Made by a program: the position numbers and the translations under genes. Below, piece after piece: positions 27,501 through 40,330 of a DNA stretch of 64,000 bases. How positions within the stretch are numbered: position 1 is the stretch's first letter; each line of letters opens with the position of its first letter. The stretch is taken from the NCBI RefSeq assembly GCF_964199755.1, contig NC_133912.1, forward strand, positions 318,570-382,569, written 5' to 3'. This DNA comes from Larus michahellis (Eukaryota). The notes below the pieces were generated by a model, which searched no databases, was not told the origin of the DNA, and saw only the letters and a program-made list of their open reading frames with translations.

Positions 27501-28222
27501 ACAGTCTCTCATGTTTCCTTATTCTCTCAGTTATGATTTTCCTCCTGTTTAGTTTTTCAACTTCTGTACCAGTTTTTCCTCCATGGTTTGATACACAAAG
27601 TGATTTTAGGCATCCTGTCAGAGTCCCACAGCATCGACAGCCCCATCCTGCTGTTTCTCTAAGGCAGGAATTCCAGACTCAGTTTGCCAATGGAAGTGAT
27701 TGTTCTGGGTCAGTGTGGGAAGTGAGTGGCTTTGGGGGGACTCCTACATGAAGTGCCGGGACCACTTGCTTTGTGCAGCGTCCATCCTCTTCTTTGGAGG
27801 GAGAAGGGTCTCTGGTGTCGCATGGTTCACAGAAAGGGCTTTCAGAGTGAAAGGAGTGTGTTATATCCGACACCTTTCTCTCTCCTGAGAGCAGAAGAAC
27901 CTCTGTCCTTGATACCTAAACTGGGTCTTCCTGGGAGCAAATTTGGGCACACGAAGGAAAGCTCTCTCAGAGAGAGCAAGTGCACGTTTTGGTTTTGTTC
28001 CGTAGTGAGAAACATGCAGCTCTACAGGGCAGCTCAGCTCTTTGGTATGAGGAGGTCTCTGGAAGAAACGGTTTCTCTGCTTTCTCTAGGCACAGAGTCC
28101 ACAGAGTCAATGTGAAGAGATTTCTTAAAAAAAATCTTTTTAAAAGTAAAGACAGAAATACGCATTCCTTCTTGGTGCTCCTCTTCTTGGGAACTGCAGA
28201 AATAAAAGAGAAACACCACAGC

Positions 28223-29298
28223 ATGGATGGAGGGCAATGGGTCAATGGGACACCACCAGTGGAGTTCCTGCAGCTGGGAATGAGCGATGATCCCTCTCTC
28301 CAGACACTGATCTTCATCCTTCCACTTGTCATCTACACTGCGACTGTCTTTGGGAACATCCTCATCGTTGTGCTGGTGATGGCAGATCAGCATCAGCGCA
28401 CCCCCGTGTACTTCTTCCTGGGCAATCTGTCCTCCTTGGAGACCTGCTACAGCTCCACCATCTTGCCCTGTCTGCTGGCCAGCTTCCTGACTGGGGACAA
28501 GACCATCTCTGCTCATGGCTGTATGTCTCAGTTCTACTTTTTTCCAGTTCTGCTGGTACTGAGTGTTACCTGCTGGCAGCCATGTCCCGTGATTGGTACT
28601 TGGCCATCTGCCAGCCCTTACTCTATGCAAGCCACATGACCTGGAAGGTGAGTCTCCAGTTGGCAGCTGCGTCTTGGCTGGGGGGATTGCTGCTATTTGC
28701 AGTACTCACCTTCCTCTTATCTCAATTGAAGTTCTGCAGCCCCAAGGCAATTGACCACTTCTTCTGTGATTTTACTCCATTGATGGAGCTCTCCTGCAGT
28801 GACACCAACGTGCTTACAAGGGTTGCTTTAATCTTTGTCTTCTTGGATGCAGTATTCCCTTTTCTGTTCACACTGGCCTCCTATGTGTTTATCATAGCTG
28901 CTATCCCGAGGATCCCGTCCCATCAGGGCAGGCAACAAGCCTTCTCCACCTGTTCCTCTCACCTTACTGTCATCACTCTCTTCTATGGCACTCTCATCAT
29001 TGTCTACATGCTGCCCAGGACAACTCCACTGAGGCAGCTCAACAAAGTGTTCTCCTTTTTCTACACTGTCCTCACACACCTGATTAACCCTCTCATCTAC
29101 AGTTTGAGGAACAGGGAGGTCAGGGAGGCCCTCTGGAAGGTGCTCAGGAAAGCCAAGGCCTGCACCCAGAGCTCCTGGTGTGAGGGTGACAGTAGGAACA
29201 AACCACTTACAATTCTTTCACAAGGGCAAGTGCTGAATCCTGGGTGCACCTCCAGAAGTGTGTGCCACTGCGCCTACTTGAAACTAGCACAGGGATGA
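28223..29298 (+). pseudogene. Olfactory receptor gene (avian gamma-clade-like, single exon) with a 1-nt frameshift in a T-homopolymer. It is either a pseudogene or a sequencing error in an intact gene.
   Basis: Frame A reads [107 protein letters not shown]. Frame B reads (S)[33 protein letters not shown]...PRIPSHQGRQQAFSTCSSHLTVITLFYGT...KVFSFFYTVLTHLINPLIYSLRNREVREALWKVLRK. All olfactory-receptor hallmarks are present, including an N-terminal NGT, MAYDRY-like MSRDWY, KAFSTC and PMLNPLIYSLRN. Adding one T to the T6 run at 28538–28543 joins the frames into one ORF of about 359 aa. Confidence 0.8.
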
Positions 29299-29989
29299 AA
29301 GAGGAGAGTTCTCAGAAATAAATACTCTTGTAGAGGACAGACTATGAAAAATGCAATGAGTTGGCTTTTCCCTTCATAATAAATGGTTTGGTGACCTTAT
29401 TTGTGTGAACTTTTTAAATGATAGTTCTCCTTTACTGAGAAAGTAGAAGACCAAATTTGGGACAACATCTGAGTATCATCCAGACAAGCATGAGGGCATA
29501 TCTTTCCCTCCTCTGTTCCCTGAGGGGTCAACAAGACCCTGCCCCAGCTGCGCTCCTCTGGCTCCAGCTGTACCTTGTTCTTTTCACTTTTCTGGTAGGG
29601 AAATAGGGACAGCTTGATCCTAGCTTCTTCACCTTGGAGGATCAGGCTTTCCTTTTCAGCCATATTTCTCCACTGGAAAGCCCTGATTCAGCCTTCCTCC
29701 AGAGCCCAGGGACAGGAGTGGGCTTGGGGTCTGGATTCCCACAGATCTCGACTCCTTCAGTCCCCTTTGGGATGGGAGCCTTTGCCACCAGCTAGCACAG
29801 CTGACTCCTCTTCAGCTTCCTCACCAAGAGCCCTGTGGCCTCTTCTGTGAAGCTGTTCTCTGATCACTTGGCCCCTAGCTGACTCCTTGCACGGGGCTTT
29901 TGGGTTTACTGCACCCCAATGTGCAGGACTCTGCCCCTGCCTTGGCTGGATTTCAGGATGCTCCTGAAAGTCCCACTCTGCAGCATGTC

Positions 29990-31500
29990 GTAAAATAGAA
30001 TCGTATAATCATTTTGGTTGGAAGAGACCTTTAAGATCATCGAGTCCAACCACTAACCTAGCACTGCCAAGTTACCCCTAAACCATGTCCCTCAGCACTA
30101 CATTTACATGTCTTTTAAATACTTCCAGGGATGGCGACTCAACCACTTCCCTGGGCAGCCTGTTCCAATGTTTGATAACCCTTTCATTGAAGACATTTTT
30201 CCTTATATCCAATCTAAACCTCCCCTGGTGCAACTTGAGACTGTTCCCTCTTGTCCTATCACCTGTTACTGACCGACCCCCACCTCGCTACAACCTCCTT
30301 TCAGGTTGATGTAGAGAGCAATAAGGTCTCTCCTCTGGCTCCTTTTCTCCAGGCTGAACAACCCAAGTTGGCTCAGATGCTTTTCAGAAGACTTGTGCTC
30401 TAGACCCCTCACCAGTTCGTTGCCCTTCTTTGGATACGCTCCAGCACCTCAATGTCTTTCTTGTGGTGAGGGGCCCAAAACTGCATACAATATTCGAGGT
30501 GCAGCCTCACCAGTGCCGAGCACGGAGGTACAATCACTTCCCCAGTCGTGCTGGCCACACTGTTTCTAATACAAGCCAAGATGCTATTGGCCACCTTGGC
30601 CACGCTGCTGGCTTATATTCATCCAGCTGTCAACCAACACCCGAAGGTCCTTTTCTGCCGGGCAGCTCTCCAGCCACTCTGCCCCCGGCCTGAGGCATTC
30701 ATGGGGTTGGTGTGACCCAAGTGCAGGACCCGGCACTTGGCCTTGTTGAACCTCATACCATTGCCTGGGTCCATCGATCCAGGAAGGCTGTAGAGCCTTC
30801 CTACCTCAAGCAGATCAACATCCCACCCAACTTGGTGTTGTCTGCAAACTTACTGAGGGTGCACTGAATCCCCTTGTCCAGATTGTTGATAAAGATATTA
30901 AAGAGAACCGGCCCCAATACTGAGCCTGGGGAACACCACTTATGACCAGCTGCCAACTGGATTTAACCCTGTTCACTACAACTCTGGGCCATCCAGCCAG
31001 TTTTTCACCCAGTGAAGTGTACGCACATCCAAGCCATGGTCAGCCAGTTTCGCCAGGAGAATGCTGTGCTAAATGGTGTCAAAGGCTTTACTAAGGACTA
31101 GGCAGACAACATCCACAGCCTGTCCATCATTCACTAAGCGGGTCACCTTATCATAGAAGGAGATCAGGTTTGTCAAGCAGGACTTGCCTTTCGTAAACCC
31201 ATGCTGACTGCACCTGATCAGACAGGCAGGTTGTCCTGTACGTGTCACGGGATGGCACTGAAGATTATCTGCTCCGTGACCTTCCCCAGCACCAAGGTCA
31301 GACTGACAGGCCTGTAATTCACTGGATCCTTCTTGCAGTCCTTCTTGTAGACGGGCGTCACATTTGCTAACCTCCAATCAACTGGGACCTCCCCGGTTAG
31401 CCAGGACTGATGATAAATGATGGAAAGTGCCTTTGTGAGCACATTCACTAACTCCCTCAGTTGAATCCTCCCTTAGGTGGATCCCATCCGGCTTCATAGA
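29990..31500 (-). mobile_element. CR1 LINE fragment (reverse-transcriptase region plus 3' end)
   Basis: Minus ORFs read ...[43 protein letters not shown] and ...[19 protein letters not shown]. The CR1 3' motif atcgtataatcattttggttggaagagacc is at 29995. Confidence 0.85.
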
Positions 31501-32329
31501 AATTTCAAGATGCCCCTCAATAGCAACCTGGCTTCCAGAGTCTCAAGCAGCAGATAACAGAGACCAGAGCTCTTGGGTCAGTGGTGGATGGGCACTGAAG
31601 GATCTTCCCTTGGTTCAACTTGGGAGAGGCTCAAGAAAGGCCCTATCACAAAGGGATAAAATGATCCTTGGTCTCCTGTAAAGAGCAAACTCCTTGTGGG
31701 ATAGTGAATGGGGTTTGTGGGAATGTATAAAACTTGTTTGGGGGTGTTTGAAGAGGACTGTAGGAACACACAAAGGTTATGCTAGGTTGTTCAGAAGGGC
31801 CAAAGGCAGGGATCTGGAGGGATCCAGGTCACTGTCCTGGTTTGACGTGAACGAATTTTCTGTTCAGTAATTTTACCTTTTAGCTAAGCCTCATGGAGAC
31901 ACTGTTCGTTCTCAGAGTGATAAGACCAAGGGATGGTATGCAGAGAGGCTCTTGCTTATACTTACCACTATAACAACCAAGGCCAGATAACTTTGTTATT
32001 TGCCCCGTTGGAGGGACAAAAGTAGAAAGCATAAAGGGGTCGCAGCCGCAGGGAGGAGAGTTCAGGATAGGTGACCCAAAAGTGACCAAGAGTGTATTCC
32101 ATCCCATCTGCCCCATACTCAGAATAAAAGCTGAGGGATCAATGGGTCAGCCTCTTTCTTCAATGGCTGGTGTCCGAGGAGGACTCTGTCTGTTCATATG
32201 CCTTTGATCCCAATCTGTGCCTTCCTGAATCCAGATCCAGAATCCAGTTCCCATCCATTGCTGAGTCCAGTCTGGGACTTTCCCAATGCCTGCTGGTGAT
32301 GTGATCATCATCTTGGGAGCTTACTACAG

Positions 32330-32560
32330 TTTTGTGTATATTTTATATATTTCATTCTTTTCTTTTTATTTTATTATTAATATTTCATTAAAGTAGTTCA
32401 GTTTTTTTCCTAAACTCATAAGTCTCTTTTTCTCTGTCCCTCCTCTCCTTGGAGACAGAGGCGGGGGAGAGCATCTGTCATTCATCTCAGTGGCCAGTCC
32501 GGCCCAAACTGTGACAGATGCCCAACGTGGGACTCGAGTGGGACTTGACCAGAGCTCTGA
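32330..32560. repeat. Copy 1 of a roughly 220-bp direct repeat. Copy 2 is at 33900–34125. The pair is LTR-like or a tandem segmental duplication.
   Basis: The block ttcattaaagtagtt.agtt...ctaaactcat...ctct.tccc...gagagcatct..c.ttcat.t.ag.tggcc.gtccg.cccaaa is shared between the two copies at about 80% identity. They bracket about 1.35 kb containing two short tandem repeats at 33070–33170 and 33364–33470. Confidence 0.6.
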
Positions 32561-33899
32561 TAGATTGCCTGAATAGTTTGAATTCCAGCTTGCTCAGAGA
32601 TTAAAACAGACAGCTCACATCATATCATTCTTAAACAAAATGTTGTATCATGCCTCTAGAGAGCTCTGTTTGAAGTTAGTTGATGCAACGCTGTGTAACC
32701 CGCTGAATGTGTTGCATGGTTTATTTGCTCTTTGGGTTTGGATGCGGTGGTTTAAATGTGCAATTTTGCTGTGGTTTGGAATTCAGATGTATAATATGGT
32801 TACTTGGATAACAGTTCTTCCTGCATATTTTGGGCATCAAGTGATGTATTCTATTACTAATTACACTTTCAATTTTACCTGGGGAAAGTTTACTTACGCC
32901 AAAGCGACACCATCAGAGCTAGGGGAAACCTTTTGGGCTGTTTCAAAAATGAATGTTACTTTCATAAAATCATGATTTTGTTGTTGGTATTCCTGAATGT
33001 GTTGCAGGGTAGTTTTTTATTAAACCAGTGCGGGAGTGAGAGTTGTGTAACATGTGCTGCTGCTACTCAAAGCCAACAAGCCACTCCCTGACCTGTACTG
33101 GCACCAGCCACTCTGCCGCCTGCACTGGCACAAGCCCCTCTGCAGCCTGTACTGCCACAAGCTACTCCAGCCTCAACAACGAGCACCATCACTACTCCAG
33201 CTGCTTTAACAACAAGTACCACTGCTACTCAAACTCCATCAGAACTGGTACAAGTCGCCCCAGTGACCAGGAAGCAGAAAAGGAGGTCAGCTCATTCCCC
33301 TGCCCCTTATGAAAGAGACCAGCACGAGCCAGACAGCATTGGAGTTCTTCTGATGAAGATCCAAGAGAGGGTCCTTCTGAAGCAAACAAAGGAAAGAGTC
33401 CTTCTAAAACAGACAAAGAAAAGATTCCTTCTAAAGCAGATCAGGGAGAAGGTCCTTTTCAGGCAGTGTCAATGCAGGAGGAGGATTCAGATGCGGAGAT
33501 AATCGTTAAATCCTTCTCTATGAAGGATTTGCGAAATATGAGGAAGGACTTTAGTTGTCATGAAGGTGAGATACTTATCTGCTGGTTGCTCTGATGCTGG
33601 GACAATGGGGCTGATACCATAGACTTAGAAGGTAAAGTAGCTAAGCAGTCGGTAAACCTGGCCAGAGACAGAGGTATCAATAAAGTGACTGGGAGAAAGA
33701 CAAACACTCTCAGTCTCTGGAGGCAACTGTATCAGCCATAAAAGGCAGATATCCCTTCAGGGATGATATTGAATGCCATCCAAGCAAATGGACCAGCATA
33801 GAAAAAAGTAATTAAGTACCTGAGAGAACTGGCTGTGCAAAAGGTGATTTGTGGTGATGGTGATGTCTGTGCTGATGGAGCTTAATGAGGTTTTGAAAA

Positions 33900-34125
33900 A
33901 ATTGTATATTTTTCATTATTTTATTTTTATTATTTTCCTAATACTTCCATTAAAGTAGTTTAGTTCTTCTAAACTCATCTCTTTCTCTCTCTTCCACGTC
34001 TCCTCAGAGAGATGGGTAGAGCATCTCGCTTTCATTTAGGTGGTCCGTCCGTCCCAAAAAACGACACTCAACTGTTGGGGCCAGTCCAGTTTGGCTTCGG
34101 GGTCTTCCTCAGCTCCATTTCTGGT
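33900..34125. repeat. Copy 2 of the direct repeat at 32330–32560
   Basis: See copy 1. Confidence 0.6.
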
Positions 34126-34189
34126 TGCAACTTCGGTCCTGAAGGCAACTCAAATGGGCTGTTGGGCAGACTAATCTAGGCAGCTTCGA

Positions 34190-35330
34190 TGAAGTCACCT
34201 TGGCTCCTGGTAGCAGCTCAGCTCAGATCTTGGGGCCAGCGAAGTTCTATTATTGGGGATGCCTCCACTCGGTTCCTGGGACACACGAGCTCAGCTCCTG
34301 GGGCTGGCTGTGCCCAGCACGTGGGGCATTTTGGCCCGATGCCTGAGGTGACTCGGCTTGGACCTCAGCGCAGCCTTGCCTTGCCTTTGGCGCAGTCAGA
34401 TGGGCTCCTGCGGCCAGCTCTGACCAACTCCTTGGCTGGCTTATCTTGGCTCCTGGGACGACTCGTGGAGGCTCCTACGCTGGCTCTGCAGGGTTCCTAG
34501 GGCCAGCTCAGCTCCTTGCGCTATCTCAGCCTGGTTCCTTGTGTGGTCTGAGCTCGGCTCCTTGGTCCAGCGCTGCTCTGCTCCTGGGGCCGCATTGTCT
34601 TGGCTCTTGTGACAGACTCGCCCAAATGTTTGTATCCAGTGCAGCTTGGCATTTGGGCTGTGTTCAACTCGGCTCCTGGGAATGCCTCAACTCGGCTCCT
34701 GGGACGCCTCCGTAAGTCTCCTGGCCTGGCTCCGCATGGCTCCTAGGCCACACTCAACTCAGCTCCCTGCACCAACTCAACATGCCTCCTTTGGCCTTCG
34801 CGGCTCCCCTTTTGCAACTGGCTTGTCTTGGCTCCTTGGTCCAACTCACCTTCACTCCTGGTGGCAGCTCAGCTCGCATCCTGAGGCCAGCAAAGCTCGA
34901 CTTTTGGGGATGCCTCCACTCGATTCCTGGGACACACGCGCTTGGCTCCTGGGGCTCGCTGCACCCAGCATGTGGGGCATCTTGGTCTGATGCCTAAGCT
35001 GACTTGGCTTGGACCTCGGTGCAGCCTTGCCTTGTCTTTTGGTGCAACGCCCAGCTCTGCCCAACTCCTTGGCCGGCTCATCTCGGCTCCTGAGACGGCT
35101 CATGGAGGCTCCTACGCTGGCTCTGCAGGGTTCCTAGGGCCAGCTTAGCTCCTTGTGCTATCTCAGCCTGGTTCCCTGTGCGGTCTGAGCTCGGCTCCTT
35201 GGTCCAGCGCTGCTCTGCTCCTGGGGATGCATCAGCTTGGCTCTTGTGAAGGACTCGCCTGAATGTTTGTATCCAGCGCAGCTTGGCATTTGGGCTGTGT
35301 TTGACTGGATCCTGGGACCGCCTACACTCG
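34190..35330. repeat. Higher-order tandem repeat (satellite-like). The unit is about 670 bp, about 1.7 copies, built from 17–20-bp ...CTCGGCTCCTGGGAC... sub-repeats.
   Basis: The segment 34200–34870 recurs at 34870–35330 at about 85–90% identity. An example is ggcagctcagctc..atc.tg.ggccagc.aag.tc.a.t.ttggggatgcctccactcg.ttcctgggacacacg.gct..gctcctggggct.gctg..cccagca.gtggggcat.ttgg.c.gatgcct.ag.tgact.ggcttggacctc.g.gcagccttgccttg.cttttgg. Confidence 0.8.
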
Positions 35331-35339
35331 CCTCTAGGA

Positions 35340-35810
35340 CATCTCCATAAGGCTCTGAGAAAAGTGGGTTTGAGGCTGAAGGCGCCAGGAAAGCGTGCAG
35401 CCCCAAGGTCTGTGGGGCCAAGCAAGCGGTTGCGAAAGAGCTTTAGAACAAGGCACAGTTTTCCCTCCTGGCTCTTTGGGCGAGGGGGCAATCTCCAGAT
35501 ATATGGAAATTTTGGAGGCCGGCCCTGGCGGAACTGAGAAAGGGTCGTTTTGAGGCTGCAGGCGCCAGGAAAGCCCGCATCGCCAAGGTCTGTGGGGCCA
35601 CGCAAGTGGTACCCAAAGAGCTTCAGAACAAGCCACAGTTTTCCGTCCTGGCTCTTTGGGCGTGGGAGCAATCTCCAGACATATCAGAAGTTTGGAGGCC
35701 GGCGCAGCGCCAAGTGGGAAAGGGTTCTTTTAAGGCTGAAGCGTCAGGAAAGCCCGCAGCCCCAAGGTCTGTGGGGCATGTAAGCTGTTCCCAAAGAGGG
35801 GGCCAAAGCA
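35340..35810. repeat. Satellite with a unit of about 185 bp, about 2.5 copies. The family recurs at 38990–39060 and 63590–64000.
   Basis: The unit ...gggtttgaggctgaaggcgccaggaaagcgtgcagccccaaggtctgtggggccaagcaagcggttgcgaaagagctttagaacaaggcacagttttccctcctggctctttgggcgagggggcaatctccagatatatggaaattttggaggccgg... repeats head-to-tail. Confidence 0.85.
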
Positions 35811-36199
35811 GGTCCTGGGCGGGGCCAGGGAGGGCGGGAGGTGGGGCCAAAGTGCACACGTGGCTCCCCACCTGCAGGACCGGCCTGCAGCCGCTGGACA
35901 GCAGCACCCCCTCCTTTATTTACACACACATGTATATATATTTAGGGAATTTATATTATCTGTTTACACTTACACAGAAAATCTGCTTAGACTTCTACAT
36001 TAACACTTATGATACCGAATATATATTTAGACTGCTTACACATCTATTTTGACACTAATATCTTCTTAAAAATACATTTTTTTAAGTATTTTTATATTCT
36101 AGGATCTTTTATATAACACAGAAGCACAGAATCAGAGAATCCTTAGAGATAGAGGTTTTTATTTTGAACTTATTTTACATACGTAAATTAATATTATTT

Positions 36200-39100
36200 C
36201 TCAATATATCTTTCTCATATATAAATGAGAGAGCTTGTTCGCTATTTCAGTGCCTCACACCCATAGTTACAGGTTCTCACATTTTTTAATGCATCCCAAG
36301 AATTTTCAGACATTTTGGGGCTGTGAACCACCTCTTTTGGGAGACTGTCACGTAACCCCCCCATCCCCCACTCACCTGCTCCTCTGCTGCATCATCGCTG
36401 CCCCGGTGACATCGCAGTGTCCCAAATGACAGAGACACCGTTCTATTCCCCCCCTAAAAAGGCCCAAAACGCCCAGAGCCAGGGCTGGCCCCTTCCCCTC
36501 AGCGGAACTCTGCCACTGGCTGCAAACCTGGTCCCAGGACAGTCCCAGGGGGACGTGGCGGGTACTGGGGAGGAGCTCCAGGGGGTCCCAGAGGGCTCTG
36601 GGGTTTTCTGGGGGGCTCCAGGGGGGGATGTGTGGGGTCCTAGAGGGGGTGTGTGGGGTCCTGGGGGGAATGTGGGGGGTCCCAGAAGGCTCCATGGAGC
36701 CCTGGGGGGAACACGAGAGGTCCTAGAGGGTCCTGGATAGACCCACAGCGGTCCTGGGAGAACATGAAGGGTTGCAGGGCGTCCTGCAGAGCTCTCGGGG
36801 GGGCAGGGGGTCCTAGGAGATTCTAGGGGGTCTCGGGGGGATCCTGAGGGGTTTGGGGGAGCCCAGGGGTTATCAGAGGGCTCTGGGGGGTCCCAGGCTG
36901 TCTCAGAGAGCTCCGGAGGGGTCCCAGTATCCCCACACCTGTGACATGGATGGCAACGGCACAGGCCCCCGAGCAACAGCTGGTGTGGAGAAGGCAGCCT
37001 GTGCTGGGGGGAAAACGTGGCAGTGATGGGCGACGCTCCCTTGAAGCCAAAGACAATGACCTGGGAGGAGTCGCTGAGCCCCTCGCAGACCCTCGGCTAC
37101 AGCTCGCTGTAGGCCTCCTCATCCTGTGGGAGGAGGGTCACGGGGACCCAGAAACGCTGGGGGATGCCTCCACCCTCTCGTCCCACCCCCAGCCCCCCTG
37201 CACCCCCCCATCACCCCTCAGCCCGTCCCCATCTCCCCCTCACAGCCCCTCTCCAGCGCAGGACCCACTTCGGGCCATAGCCCCCCTCCCCAAACTCAGG
37301 GTTCCCCCAGCACCCCATCCCCCAGCTCAGGGCTCCCCTCATGCCCCCACCACCACCACGGCCCCCCCCAGGGCTCCCTTCAGGCCCCCACGCCCCATCC
37401 CAACCCCCTTCAGTGCCACCCCCTCAGACCCCCCCCGTTTGCCTCCATCACACTCTCAGGGCCCACCTCCCCACCGTCTGGGCCCCCCTCAGCCCTCCGT
37501 TCCCCCAGCCCCCATCAAGGCCCCCCCTCACCCCTCGGCCCCCCAGATCCCCTTCAGCCCCCTGGTTCCCCCCACAAAGCCCCCCCCCCCCGAGAGTCCC
37601 TTCAGCATCCCCCATCATCCCTCAGTCCCCCTCGGAGACCTCTCAGGACCCCCAGCCCCTCTCAAGGCCTCCCCATTACCCTCAGGAACCCCGTGCTCCC
37701 CCTCAGCCACTCCCCAGGGACAACTCAGCCCCGCCCGTCCCCCTCAGAACGCTTGCCTTCCCCTGCATCAGCTCCCTCCACCGCCCCTCGGGGCCACCAC
37801 AGCCTCCCTGCTCCCCCCAGCCTCCCTCAAGTCCCACCCTCAGTCCCCCCCTGTCCCATTCGGGATTCTCCCAGCTGCCCCCAATCACCCCTCGAGGCCC
37901 TCTCAATCCTCCTGACGTTCCCCGCCATGTTCCCCGCCGCCTCCTGCTCACCTTCACGTGGTCCAGCTTCCTCACAACGTGCTCGCGGTGGCACCGCGGG
38001 CCCGACCTGACCGAGCGCCCAGCGCCCGCCCGCCGGGCCCCGCTGTCCGCCCGGACCACGCGTCTCCGATTTCGAGCCGTCCGCCATTTTTCCCCAGCCC
38101 CCTCTGCTACCAGAGCACCCCACCCACAGTGCGCGCCCATTGGTCGCCGCCCGCCCCTGCTCACTCACCTTATTTGCAGCAGCCCCTGTGAGCGACATGA
38201 CCAATGGAAGCGCGGCGAGGCGATCTGACCTATGGGAGCTCTGATTGGCCCACCCGCCCGTCCATCCGCCCGGCAGCGGTTGAAATGGCTCAGTACAGCT
38301 GTACGGCAGAGCGGAGCATGCATGCGCAGTACGGCCGTGCGGCGGAAGAAGGGCGCGCATGTGTGTTAGAGCTGTACGGCACAACGGGGGGGGCGTGCAT
38401 GCCCAGTACAGTCGTACGGCACGACGGGAGCGCGCATGCGCAGTACATCCGTACTGCCCTCACTGCTGCCACCTTTTGGCCACAATGCCGTACTGCAGGC
38501 GGGGAGACAACGCATGCGCAGTCCAGACAAGGGCTCACACATGCGCCCTACAGCCATGCCACACAACGGGGTGGGCGTAGCATCCTTAGAGAGGTGGGGT
38601 TTTCTTTTGCTTTGAGCTCCTTTTAGATACACCAATGATTATTTTGCAATAGCTATAAAAAGGAGAGCTTGTTCTGTATTTCAGTGCCTCGCCCTTGCAG
38701 TTACAGGTTTTAACACCCCCCCACCCCCAACACCAAACTTTCAGACGGTTTGGGGCTGTGGCCCACCTCTTTTGGGGGGAACTCCACGTAACCCCCAGAT
38801 CCCCCACTCACCTGCTCCTCCGCCGTGGTGTCTGAAATGACGCAATCATGCCTACAGCCACACACACATATCCCCTTTTTTTTCAATTCCCCCAAAAAAG
38901 GAACACAACGCCCAGATCCAGGGCTGGCCCCTTCCCCTCAGGGGGTCCCCGCCACCAGCTGCAAACCTGGTCTGGGGCATCTCTCGAGCAGCACGCGCTA
39001 GGAAAGCCCGCAGCCCCGAGGTCTGTGGGGCATGCAAGCTGTTCCCAAAGAGCTTTGGTAAAAAATGGAGGAGGACAATTATGAAAATCCACAGGGTACA

Positions 39101-40330
39101 AGAAATATATGCAAGAAATTAAAATTTATTGTGGGAGACAGATAGAGTGAAAGGTTGCAAATTTTATTTAAAACTAACAGGGATCAAGAAACATAAGCAA
39201 GAATTAGAAATAATGAGATGGAAAGTAAGAAATAAAGTTTGAAAAGATATTGGGTACAAGAGACAAAGTCAAGCATGAAAACAACAAAGACAGGGAGCGT
39301 AGCAGAAGTCATCTGTGGTGGATTGACCTTGGCTGGCCCCTTCGTACCCACCCAGCCACTCTATCGCGGCCCTTCCTCAACAAGGCAAGGGGAGAAATTA
39401 AAATCAAAAAGCTTGTAGGTTGAGACAAGGACAAAGAGATCTCTCATCATCACAAGAGCAACAGACTCAGTTTGGGGAAATGCATTTAATTTATTGTCAA
39501 TCAAACAATGTGAAATATAAACGAGTTTAAAAAACACTTTCCCACCCCCCTCTCTTTTTTTTCCGGAATCATCTTCAGTCACAACTTCTCTGCTCCCTAC
39601 CCCTGGACGACACGTGATGACAGGGACTCGGTGTGGTGGTCAGTTCACCTCGCATTGTCTCTGCTGCTCCTTCCTCCTTGCACTCTTTTTCTGCTCCAAT
39701 GGGGGGGCCTCCATGGGTTGCAGGGACTTTCTGCTCCACTCTCAGCCAACGTTGCTGATGGGCTCGGCTTTGACCAGCGGCAGGTCCCTCTCTGCGCTGG
39801 CTGTGCCTAACGTGGCGAGAGTTTCAGGTGTCTTCTCCCCCAACCCACCCCTGCAGCCCCTGCCCCTGCAACTCAGCTAACAAAACCTTGTTACTTAAAC
39901 TCAATACAACAGCGATCAGCTACAGGGCAGAGAAGGTGGAGGTGAGAAACAGGGAAAGAGAGACACAGGGGAAAGAAAACAGCAACGGGCTACAGACCAG
40001 ACAGGAGGATGCAACAGGGAGCCAGACAGAGAAAGAACCATGAAGGCAAAAATTATCTATGGGACAGATCTTTTAATATGATAACATAGTTTATATAATA
40101 GAGTAGATACAGGGTTTTATTTTGAACTTTTATATATACACATTCTTATTTTTCATTATGTATAAAAATGAGAAATTGTTCTTTATTTCAATGCCTCATG
40201 CCCATATAGGCAGGTTTTATTATTTTTTTAAACACACATTCCCCGCATGAATTTTCAGGCATTTTGCGGCTGTGCACTCCGTTTTTGAAAGCGCACGCAC
40301 CATCGCCCCAGGAAAAAAACATACAGACAG
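36200..40330. repeat. Macro-repeat with units of about 2–2.4 kb, three partial units starting near 36210, 38650 and 40150. It contains a G-rich degenerate tandem block at 36420–36920, a C-rich degenerate tandem block of about 24 bp (ccccctcagcccc-like) at 37150–37920, and a GCGCATGCGC palindrome array at 38300–38580.
   Basis: Each unit begins with ...tataaa(a)(t)gagag(a/c)gcttgttc..tatttcagtgcctc.c.c..t..agttacaggtt.t.aca...tttcagac.gtttggggctgtg..ccacctcttttggg.g.act..cacgtaaccccc...tcccccactcacctgctcctc.gc. All three reading frames are open across 36941–38228 because of compositional bias, not coding. Confidence 0.7.

Noticed and set aside
36941-38228. Three overlapping proline-rich ORFs of about 300 codons on the plus strand, plus overlapping arginine/glycine-rich ORFs on the minus strand
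   Set aside because: All three forward frames are open over the same roughly 900 nt. This is the signature of a C-rich, A/T-poor degenerate tandem repeat (ccccctcagcccc-like), not of coding sequence. It is part of the macro-satellite.
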